64,000 nucleotides of DNA from an uncultured bacterium (GTDB taxonomy: Bacteria; Actinomycetota; Acidimicrobiia; Spongiisociales; UBA5794): contig CAWDDT010000005.1 in the NCBI GenBank assembly GCA_963801165.1, positions 352,001 to 416,000 on the forward strand, written 5' to 3'. The first letter of the stretch is position 1. Each line of letters begins with the position of its first letter. A program made the translations under genes and the position numbers. Positions 27,092 to 35,155 of the stretch are shown here, one piece after another. The notes below the pieces were generated by a model. It was not told where the DNA came from and made no database searches. It saw only the letters and a list, made by a program, of their open reading frames with translations.

Positions 27092-28082
27092 CCGGCATCG
27101 TCGAGGTACGGGCGATCAGCTCCAGGGGAAGCTCGACCTCCTCGGCGGTTCGCACCTTCGTCTGCATCTGCTCGACCAGCATCCGCACCCCTCGTGCCCC
27201 TGATTCGTAAAGTGGCTGACGCACCGTGCTGAGACCGAGATGCTCGGCGATCTCGAGGTCGTCGAATCCGATCACCGATAGATCCTCCGGCACCCGCACC
27301 CCGTGCGCTCTCGCCGTCTCGGCCACGATCATGGCGTGCGAGTCGGCCGAGGCGACGATGGCGGTAGGTGGTTCGGTGAGCGCGAGGAGCGCCTCGGTGG
27401 CTGCCCGGGTCACCATATGGTCGTGCGGGCCGGTTCGCACGTACGCCCCGGGTATCTCGACGCCGGCATCGGCCATCGTCTTCAAGTAGCCGACGCGGCG
27501 TTTTGCGGTTGGCCGGAAACCAATGGTGTCCTCCCAGTCACCGACAAACGCAATCCGTTTGTGCCCGAGCGCGAGCAGATGCTCGGTCGCCATCCTCCCG
27601 CCCCGCTCATCGTCGACGTAGAGCCCTGAGATGCCCGGTAGCCGGCCGTCGACTACAACAACAGGCACCGGATTGTCGGCCAGGGTGGCAATTTCCTCAT
27701 CGTCCGGCTTGATCGACACGAGAAGACCGCCGGCGCATCGGTCGGGCCGGAGCAGACCACGGACCTGATCGCGATAGTCGTCGACGCTGTTGACATTGTG
27801 CAGGATCACGTCGAACCCGGCCTGGGAAGCAACATCGAGGATGCCCCTGAGCCGTTGCAGGGCAGACGCCGACGTCATGCGCTGTACGACCGCGGCGAGC
27901 ACGCCCGCAGTTCCGATGGAGAGACCGCGCGCAAGCGCGCTGGGGCGGTAGTTCATCTCCTCGATGACGGCGAGCACCCGGGCACGGGTGCGGTCGCTGA
28001 CGAGGGGGCTGTTGTTGAGGACCCGGGATACGGTCCCCACCCCTACCCCGGCCCTGGCGGCGACATCCGCGATGGTTGCCAT
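27066..28082 (-). CDS. LacI family transcriptional regulator
   Basis: TIADVAARAGVGVGTVSRVLN; VPEDLSVIGFDD. Confidence 0.93.
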   Translation of the reverse strand: MATIADVAARAGVGVGTVSRVLNNSPLVSDRTRARVLAVIEEMNYRPSALARGLSIGTAGVLAAVVQRMTSASALQRLRGILDVASQAGFDVILHNVNSVDDYRDQVRGLLRPDRCAGGLLVSIKPDDEEIATLADNPVPVVVVDGRLPGISGLYVDDERGGRMATEHLLALGHKRIAFVGDWEDTIGFRPTAKRRVGYLKTMADAGVEIPGAYVRTGPHDHMVTRAATEALLALTEPPTAIVASADSHAMIVAETARAHGVRVPEDLSVIGFDDLEIAEHLGLSTVRQPLYESGARGVRMLVEQMQTKVRTAEEVELPLELIARTSTMPVSPDSQSG

Positions 28083-28089
28083 GGCACTC

Positions 28090-28105
28090 CTGGAACTGGT
28101 TCCAG
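28090..28105. promoter_or_regulatory. LacI-type operator CTGGAACTGGTTCCAG
   Basis: Palindrome 8 bp upstream of the LacI start; probably autoregulatory. Confidence 0.6.
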
Positions 28106-28255
28106 CACGGTAGCAGCTATACACTTCTGGCCTTCTGGACGTTCGTGTGGTGGGAGACGCGGCCAAGCCCCCTCTATGGGGTGGAGGAAAGAGGAACGAG
28201 TGAGCGTCACTGCAACCTCAACGTAGACAGTGTCTCCCTCCGGTACAGTCCCGGG

Positions 28256-29107
28256 ATGACCTTGCGCACCCTGGCTCTCGGCGGCATCGCCTGGAACACC
28301 ATGGTCTACCTCGACCGTTTCCCCGAGCCCCGCCCCCAGACCGTGTTCGCCCGCGGCAGTCACACCACGGTGGGGTCGAGCGGTGCCGGCAAGGCCCTCA
28401 ACTTTGCCAGCCTGGGGGCGCACTCGTCACTGTGGGGTCTGGTCGGTGACGACGAGCCGGGCGACCGGGTTCGCGAGTACCTGGCAGCGCACGGCGTCGA
28501 GCTCATCCCCGAGGTCGATCCGCTGGGGACGATGCGTCACGTCAACCTCATGGACACCGCAGGCGAGCGGATCTCGATCTTCGCCAACCCGGGATCGCAT
28601 GAGTTCCCTGTCGACGTCGAGAAGATCAGGCCGGTTGCGCGCACAGCCGATGTTGTCTCCGTCACGATCATGAACTACGGCCGGGCGTTCCTGCCGATGT
28701 TGCAGGGCATGGGCAAGCCCATCTGGATCGACATCCACGACTACGACGGGGTCAACCTCCACCACCAGGAGTTCATCGAGGCGGCCGACTTTCTCTTCAT
28801 GAGCTCCCAGCTTCATCCTGGCTGGCGCGGCTTCCTCGAGGACCGGGTGGGTGCGGGAACGACGGTTGCCGTAGCAACCCACGGTGCCGCAGGCGCCAGC
28901 GGGATCACAGCAAGCGAAGGTTGGATCGAGGTGGAGGCGTTGCCTCCCCGGCAGATGGTCGACACGAACGGAGCCGGTGACGCGTTCTTCGCCGGCTTCG
29001 CCGTCGAGTGGATGGGCCGGGCCAACCTGCGGGCTGCTCTCGAGGCAGGCGCGTTGCACGCCTCTCAGGCCGTAGCCTCACCGGATCTGGCACCGCCGCA
29101 TCCTTAG
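28256..29107 (+). CDS. PfkB family carbohydrate kinase
   Basis: GSSGAGKALN, VGDD, DTNGAGDAFFAGF. Confidence 0.88.
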   Translation: MTLRTLALGGIAWNTMVYLDRFPEPRPQTVFARGSHTTVGSSGAGKALNFASLGAHSSLWGLVGDDEPGDRVREYLAAHGVELIPEVDPLGTMRHVNLMDTAGERISIFANPGSHEFPVDVEKIRPVARTADVVSVTIMNYGRAFLPMLQGMGKPIWIDIHDYDGVNLHHQEFIEAADFLFMSSQLHPGWRGFLEDRVGAGTTVAVATHGAAGASGITASEGWIEVEALPPRQMVDTNGAGDAFFAGFAVEWMGRANLRAALEAGALHASQAVASPDLAPPHP

Positions 29108-29444
29108 CTCGAGACACCGGGCTCACCCACACCGCCCCGGTGACGAGGCCGACGGACCGGTCGCCGATGGTCGAGCTCGTTTCAATGTATGTAACGCTGT
29201 GTGGTCGTCTTGCTGCTGACCGAACACGGGTAGTAAGCACCTTCACATGGCCCGTGGCACGTCAGCCGATCGACTGCGGACTGGTCAATCTACAGTATCT
29301 CGCTGTACGTTCAGCAGATTGGACGGGTACGTGGGGGCCGCGATCGGCTCGCCGAATCGTCACCCATCTTCCCGCCCACTGCGCTCAGAGGCGCGCCGGA
29401 TCGGGCAGGGGCTGCCCGATGGGGAATATAGGAAGGTGGGAACG

Positions 29445-32400
29445 ATGAGCATTTCTGCTCTAAGACGTTGGCGAAGCAGTCTCGCTGCAACATGCACGAT
29501 GACGCTGCTCGCCGCCCTAATGGCGTTCGTCGGGGTGAGCCCGGCCAACGCGGCAACTGAGGTGAGCTTCTCGGGCACAGAGCTACTCGGCACGCCAACA
29601 GATACATCGATTGCGATCAACGTGGTGCCCGATGCGAACATCGACCTGTACTACGAGTACGGGACAAGCCCCGGCACATACACGGCCAGCACCTCAACGG
29701 AGTTGGCCGTTGCCGACCAGCCTCACGAGACGACCGTCTCTGGCTTGAGCCCGGACACCCGGTACTACTACAGAATGCAGTACCAGATCCCTGGCGACAG
29801 CGGGTGGGTCGTGCGTGACGAGCACACGTTCCACACTGCCCGTGCCTCGGGGGAGGACTTCGTCTTCACCGTGACATCGGACTCGCACCTCGGGATGATG
29901 GGTTCCTCGGCAACCTACGAGAACACAACGCTGAATGTTGCTGCCGATCAGCCGGACCTCAGTTTCGACCTGGGCGACACGTTCATCACCAACAACACAT
30001 CCAGCCAGGCGGACGTCGACCAGGTCTATCTGACCCAAAGGCCGTACATCGGCAACTACGGCGACTCGACGCCGGTGTTCTTGACGCCGGGAAACCATGA
30101 GAACGAAGAGGGGTGGAACTGGGACGACTCGCCGTTCAGCAAGGCAGTGGCCAGCATTCAGGCTCGCAAGGCGCTCTATCCCACGCCAAACCCAACGACG
30201 CCCGGTAGCTTCTACACCACCGACAGCGTGGTGCATCCGGAGATCGCCGGCGACGGCTATGCAGAGGGCTACTACGCGTTCGAATGGGGCGACGCCCTCT
30301 TCGTCGTGATCAATCCATTCCACTTCACCATGACGAACCCGTATGGCGCAACAGCCGGCGAGGACAACGACGAGGTCGTCTCCGGCGACCAGTGGGTGTG
30401 GACCCTGGGTGCCGACCAGTACAACTGGCTCAAGCAGACACTTCAGAACAGCGATGCCCCGTTCAAGTTCGTGTTCTCACACCAAGTCACCGGCGGTCAG
30501 TTGGTGACCGGCGGGTCGGCGGGTGCCCCTTCGTACGTACGGGGTGGCGCCAACGCCGCCGACTACTGGGAGTGGGGTGGCCACGACGGCACGGGCGCCT
30601 ATACGTTCGACACCGAGCGCCCCGGATGGGGAGAGCCGATCCAGGACCTGTTCGTGGACAATGGCGTGACCGCCTACTTCCACGGCCACGACCACCAGTA
30701 CGCCTATGAGATAGTCGACGGTGTCGTGTACCAGTCGATGCCTTCGGCGAGCATGACCGATAGCAACGGATTCAACCTCTACTCCGAGAGTGATCCGGAG
30801 ACCTACAAGGTGCTCCCGAGCGCCGGTTACTTGCGTGTCACCGTCTCGCCCACAACCGGGCTGGCGACGGCCGACTACGTGCGATCCAGCTCCACAGGTG
30901 GGGGCATCAACGGCACCGTGTCGTACACCTATACGATGGCCGAAGGTGAAGAGTCTGCCAGCCCGATCCTGTACCGGGTCAACGCTGGTGGGTCTACGCT
31001 CACAGGTCTGTCCGGCCCCGACTATGTGGGGATCAGCGCCGACGGCACCACCGGTGGAATCACAGTCAGTGGCACGACCTCGAACTCGACCACCAACGCG
31101 GTAGATCTCTCCGGCGTGTCGCTGGATCTCGGCTCCGCGGCGGCCGAGGATCTGTTCCAGTCCACCCTGTACACCACCAGCTCGATGTCATGGGCATTTG
31201 ATGTACCGGACGGCAACTACGACGTGAAGCTGTACATGATCGAGCAGCAGGCCAACTTCGAACCCGGCGACCGCGTGTTCGACGTGTCATTCGAGGGCGA
31301 CGTCCTGCTCGACGACTTCGATGTGCTGGCAAACAACGGTGGCGTCGCCATGAAGGCGTATACCGAGACCGTCCCGGTCACGGTGAGCGACGGCGAGCTC
31401 AACATCGACTTCACCAACGGCGTGAGCTACGCCAACGTCCGCGGTATCGAGGTCATTCAGACAGAGGGACCGGATGAGACACCGCCTGTGATCACCCTGA
31501 GCGGCGCTGCCGAGATGTGGGTCGAGGTTGGTGGTTCATTCGTCGACCCCGGGGCAACTGCCTACGACGCCGTCGACGGCAGCGTTCTTGTTGTGGTGGG
31601 TGGCGACACCGTCGACACCTCGACCATCGGTGACTATGTGATCACCTACAACGCCGTCGACGCTGCAGACAACCACGCCATCGAGAAGACGCGAACCCTC
31701 CACGTCACGCCCGAGACCGGCATTGTCTATCGCGTCAATGCGGGCGGTTCCACCCTCGCCTCTACCTACGGACCATCGTTCACCGGTATCAGCGGTGACG
31801 GCACGTCCGGTGGCATCACGGTGAGCGGGACCACCTCTAACTCGACCACAGAGGCGGTCAACCTGTCCGCGGTCGACCTCGATCTGACCGACGCCAACGC
31901 CGAGGACCTGTTCCAAAGCACGCTGTACACGACTGACTCCATGTCGTTTGGCTTCGACGTCGCCAACGGGATCTACCAGGTCAAGCTGCACCTCATCGAG
32001 CAGCAGGCCGACTTCGTAAAGGGCGACCGACTCGTTGACGTATCGATGGAGGGTGCCGTCCGACTCAACGACCTCGATGTGTACGACGAGGCCGGCGGCA
32101 TCATGAAGGCGCTGACCAAGTCCGTGCTGGTCGCGGTCGAAGACGGCGAGCTCAACATCGACTTTGCCAACGTCGAGAGCTACGCAAACATTCGCGGAAT
32201 CGAAATCATCGAAGCCGAGGACGACGAAGCGCCCGTCATCTCCTTGTTGGGTGCCAACCCGATGACGGTAGAAGCCGGTAGCTCGTTCACCGATCCGGGT
32301 GCGACGGTGACCGACAACGTCGACCCGACCACGACCATCACAGGCGTTTCGACGGTCAACACGGGAATTCCGGGCGACTACACGGTCACCTACAACCACA

Positions 32401-33746
32401 CCGACGCCGTCGGGAACGCGGCGACCACCGTGGTTCGCGATGTCGAGGTCGTTGACACGACAGCCCCGGTGATCACGCTGCTCGGTAGCAACCCGTTGTA
32501 CGTGCTCCAGGGGACGAGCTTCTCCGATCCAGGAGCGACGGCAACGGACACGGTCGACGGCAATCTGACTCCGGCAATCGTCGTCGGCGGCGACACGGTG
32601 AACACGGAGGTCGCTGGCGACTACGGCGTCACCTACAACGTCTGCGACAGCGCATACAACTGCGCCGACGAGGTCACCAGGACAGTCACAGTCACGTCGG
32701 ACCTTCCCCCGGAGATCACCCTGCTCGGGAGCAACCCGCAGGTGATTGAGGGCGGTGATGCGTACGTGGAAGCCGGGGCAACGGCTACCGACCATGAGGA
32801 CGGCAACCTGACGGCATCGATCGTGATCGATGCCACGGCGGTCGACACCAGCAAGGTAGGTGACTACGGGGTCGAGTACTCGGCGACCGATTCCTCCGGC
32901 AACACGACGACCGAGACCAGAACGGTCCGCGTTGTCGACACGACGGCGCCGGTGATCACTCTGCTCGGTACCAACCCGATGACGATCGATGTCGGCGGCG
33001 CGTTCACCGACCCGGGGGCGTCTGTCAGCGACAACGTCGACGCCACGTCGACGATCGTCGGCGCAGGCACGGTCAACACCGGGACACCCGGCAACTACTC
33101 GGTGGCATACGACGACACCGATAATGCGGGGAACGCGGCCATCACGGTGATCCGCACCGTGTCGGTCGTCGACAGCACTCCCCCGCCGACATTCACCGAC
33201 GATGACGGCTCGGTCTTCGAGGCCGACATCGAGTGGCTGGCGGGCCAGGGGATCACCCGGGGATGCAACCCGCCGGTGAACGACATGTTCTGTCCCGATG
33301 CTCCGACGACCCGCGGCCAGATGGCTGCATTCTTCCACCGGGCCTTGGGCGACGTCATCCCGGTTGATCTCGACAACGTCATCGTGTTCGACGACACCCG
33401 TGCGAGCGTCTTCATGAGCGACATCGAGTGGCTGAGCGCAACCGGTATCACCAGGGGCTGCAACCCGCCCGCCAACGACATGTTCTGCCCGGAGGGCAAT
33501 GTCACCAGAGGCCAGATGGCTGCGTTCATCCGTCGAGCTTTCGGCGACATGATCCCGACACCGGCGTCGAGCGGCCTTGTGTTTACTGATACACAGGGAA
33601 ACGTGTTCGCCAGCGACATCCAGTGGCTGGCCGATACCGGCATCACCAAGGGGTGCGGCGCAGATACGTTCTGCCCGAACGCCAACGTGACCAGGGGCGA
33701 GATGGCTGCGTTCTTCAGAAGAGCGTTCACGGCCGCAGGGCTATAG
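29445..33746 (+). CDS. Secreted multidomain surface protein: FN3/purple acid phosphatase-type metallophosphoesterase, 2 malectin-like domains, 5 DUF5011-type Ig repeats, 3 SLH-like repeats
   Basis: Signal peptide ending ANA; SDSH, DLGD, GNHE, GHDH; two YRVNAGG...RxxDV malectin-like units; DTTAPVITLLG-type repeats; three FxD...DIxWL...GITxGC...TRGxMAAF. Confidence 0.85.
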   Translation: MSISALRRWRSSLAATCTMTLLAALMAFVGVSPANAATEVSFSGTELLGTPTDTSIAINVVPDANIDLYYEYGTSPGTYTASTSTELAVADQPHETTVSGLSPDTRYYYRMQYQIPGDSGWVVRDEHTFHTARASGEDFVFTVTSDSHLGMMGSSATYENTTLNVAADQPDLSFDLGDTFITNNTSSQADVDQVYLTQRPYIGNYGDSTPVFLTPGNHENEEGWNWDDSPFSKAVASIQARKALYPTPNPTTPGSFYTTDSVVHPEIAGDGYAEGYYAFEWGDALFVVINPFHFTMTNPYGATAGEDNDEVVSGDQWVWTLGADQYNWLKQTLQNSDAPFKFVFSHQVTGGQLVTGGSAGAPSYVRGGANAADYWEWGGHDGTGAYTFDTERPGWGEPIQDLFVDNGVTAYFHGHDHQYAYEIVDGVVYQSMPSASMTDSNGFNLYSESDPETYKVLPSAGYLRVTVSPTTGLATADYVRSSSTGGGINGTVSYTYTMAEGEESASPILYRVNAGGSTLTGLSGPDYVGISADGTTGGITVSGTTSNSTTNAVDLSGVSLDLGSAAAEDLFQSTLYTTSSMSWAFDVPDGNYDVKLYMIEQQANFEPGDRVFDVSFEGDVLLDDFDVLANNGGVAMKAYTETVPVTVSDGELNIDFTNGVSYANVRGIEVIQTEGPDETPPVITLSGAAEMWVEVGGSFVDPGATAYDAVDGSVLVVVGGDTVDTSTIGDYVITYNAVDAADNHAIEKTRTLHVTPETGIVYRVNAGGSTLASTYGPSFTGISGDGTSGGITVSGTTSNSTTEAVNLSAVDLDLTDANAEDLFQSTLYTTDSMSFGFDVANGIYQVKLHLIEQQADFVKGDRLVDVSMEGAVRLNDLDVYDEAGGIMKALTKSVLVAVEDGELNIDFANVESYANIRGIEIIEAEDDEAPVISLLGANPMTVEAGSSFTDPGATVTDNVDPTTTITGVSTVNTGIPGDYTVTYNHTDAVGNAATTVVRDVEVVDTTAPVITLLGSNPLYVLQGTSFSDPGATATDTVDGNLTPAIVVGGDTVNTEVAGDYGVTYNVCDSAYNCADEVTRTVTVTSDLPPEITLLGSNPQVIEGGDAYVEAGATATDHEDGNLTASIVIDATAVDTSKVGDYGVEYSATDSSGNTTTETRTVRVVDTTAPVITLLGTNPMTIDVGGAFTDPGASVSDNVDATSTIVGAGTVNTGTPGNYSVAYDDTDNAGNAAITVIRTVSVVDSTPPPTFTDDDGSVFEADIEWLAGQGITRGCNPPVNDMFCPDAPTTRGQMAAFFHRALGDVIPVDLDNVIVFDDTRASVFMSDIEWLSATGITRGCNPPANDMFCPEGNVTRGQMAAFIRRAFGDMIPTPASSGLVFTDTQGNVFASDIQWLADTGITKGCGADTFCPNANVTRGEMAAFFRRAFTAAGL

Positions 33747-33846
33747 GAGGTCGTTGATTAATCGCGGTAAAGGCTCGCAGGGCCCCGAGAAATGGGTGTT
33801 GTCGAAATGCCACGAGACTGAACTCGGATTCTTCAACGGTCTCCTA
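33744..33846. mobile_element. MITE-like or IS-end remnant (about 103 bp) with imperfect 20-bp terminal inverted repeats
   Basis: TAGGAGGTCGTTGATTAATC (33744-33763) vs reverse complement of 33827-33846 TAGGAGACCGTTGAAGAATC, 16/20 identical; no ORF inside. Confidence 0.4.
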
Positions 33847-33861
33847 GGAGGTCCTTGATCT

Positions 33862-33897
33862 GGAACGGTCACGTCCGGCAACGGGCGTGGCCGTTCC
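33862..33897. terminator. Hairpin between convergent genes
   Basis: GGAACGGTCACGTCCG-GCAA-CGGGCGTGGCCGTTCC, 16-bp stem with G-U pairs and a GNRA loop. Confidence 0.6.
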
Positions 33898-33924
33898 TCC
33901 AGTACCAGGGCTCTGGTCACCGTC

Positions 33925-34404
33925 TCACTCCGATGGCCAGTGTGCGACGAGTCGATCCAGCACTACGCCCCAGGCATCCTCGAAGTAGGCCAGGTATTCG
34001 TCCCAGTCGGGCCCGGTGAGAAACCCGGTGTGGACCAACCGGACCCGGGTGCCGGCATCGGTGGGGGTGAACGTCAAGACCACCCAGGTGTTTGTCTGCC
34101 GCAAGGACAAGTGCGGCGGAGCGTTCCAGGTGAATGAGAACGACTCGCCCGGCACGTAGGACAGAATGCGGCAGCCCTCCGAACCCTGTTTGCCCGGTGG
34201 GGCGTCGCTCAGGAACAGCAACTCGAACGGTCCGCCGATCCGTAGCTCGATGTTGGATCGAGGCGGGCCCCACCAGGACGCGATCCCCTCGCTCGATGTC
34301 CACGCGCTCCACACGTCGCGGGGAGCGGCACCCACCTCCACCTCCTTGGCGACGGACCGGATGTCGGCACCTGCAGCGGCAATCGTCGAGGTGTCGATCG
34401 TCAT
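33925..34404 (-). CDS. SRPBCC/AHSA1 domain protein
   Basis: Start MTIDTST; VWSAWT...WWGP, GGPFE, FTWNAPP, TRVRLVHTG. Confidence 0.85.
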   Translation of the reverse strand: MTIDTSTIAAAGADIRSVAKEVEVGAAPRDVWSAWTSSEGIASWWGPPRSNIELRIGGPFELLFLSDAPPGKQGSEGCRILSYVPGESFSFTWNAPPHLSLRQTNTWVVLTFTPTDAGTRVRLVHTGFLTGPDWDEYLAYFEDAWGVVLDRLVAHWPSE

Positions 34405-34787
34405 TGCCTCTCCTGGCTCGTTCGATAGAACGCAAACGCACCGACCATCGCGACCACGACCCCGCCGAGTGTCGCCGCGATGCTGTCGCTCACCAGGACC
34501 ACCGCGGCGAGCGGGACGACTTCGAGAAGTAGAAGCCCGCCCAGAATCGAAAACAGCCTCGATAGCAACCCCGCTGTGGAGCGGGCAACAAGCCACTGCG
34601 CCGGCAGGAGCCCGGGAGCGACGATGAACTGCCCTCCGAACGACAGCAGGATGACGATGCTGAATCCTCCGAAGACGACCAGCCCGATCTGGATGAAGGC
34701 AGCTCTCCAGCCACCCGTGTTGATGATGCTGCTGATTTCCATATCTACAACATACGCGATGACACCGACAGATTCAGCCGCAGACAA
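34401..34787 (-). CDS. Hypothetical small membrane protein (start may be ATG at 34742)
   Basis: Hydrophobic ORF whose stop overlaps the SRPBCC start (ATGA). Confidence 0.55.
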   Translation of the reverse strand: MSAAESVGVIAYVVDMEISSIINTGGWRAAFIQIGLVVFGGFSIVILLSFGGQFIVAPGLLPAQWLVARSTAGLLSRLFSILGGLLLLEVVPLAAVVLVSDSIAATLGGVVVAMVGAFAFYRTSQERQ

Positions 34788-34857
34788 GTGACAAACGGCA
34801 CGTTGCGCGGCAACTGCCCATCGTTACTCTGAGCAGAGGCCCGTCCTGGAGGTTTCG

Positions 34858-35154
34858 GTGAAGGTGCGTCGTCTAGTCCCGCTCGTTGTGCTGCTCGTCT
34901 TGTTGCTCGCTGCCTGTTCGGCGGGAGCCAATCCCGAAACCGGGGTTGCCGCTGTAGACGGTCGCGTTGCCGGGTTCTGGCTCGGTCTGTGGCATGGTCT
35001 GATTGCCCCGATCGCGTTCTTGATCTCGCTCTTCAGGGACACGGTCAACGTCTACGACGTGCACAACAGCGGCAACTGGTACGACTTCGGATTCGTACTC
35101 GGCGTCAGCACTGCGTTTGGCGGTGCCTCCCGGGGAGCCAGGAAGCGGCGCTAG
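34858..35154 (+). CDS. Hypothetical lipoprotein/membrane protein
   Basis: GGAGG RBS, LLAAC lipobox, AGFWLGLWHG...YDFGF motif. Confidence 0.75.
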   Translation: MKVRRLVPLVVLLVLLLAACSAGANPETGVAAVDGRVAGFWLGLWHGLIAPIAFLISLFRDTVNVYDVHNSGNWYDFGFVLGVSTAFGGASRGARKRR

Positions 35155-35155
35155 C

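Noticed and set aside
29110-29444. Riboswitch in the long leader of the surface protein
   Set aside because: Only one hairpin (ATCGGGCAG-GGG-CTGCCCGAT, 29400-29420) is evident and I recognise no aptamer consensus.
31536-33338. 600-aa antisense ORF, and similar long shadow ORFs such as 9340-10719, 48329-49936 and 56650-58533
   Set aside because: They overlap well-supported genes, lack motifs, and are expected from high-GC codon bias.
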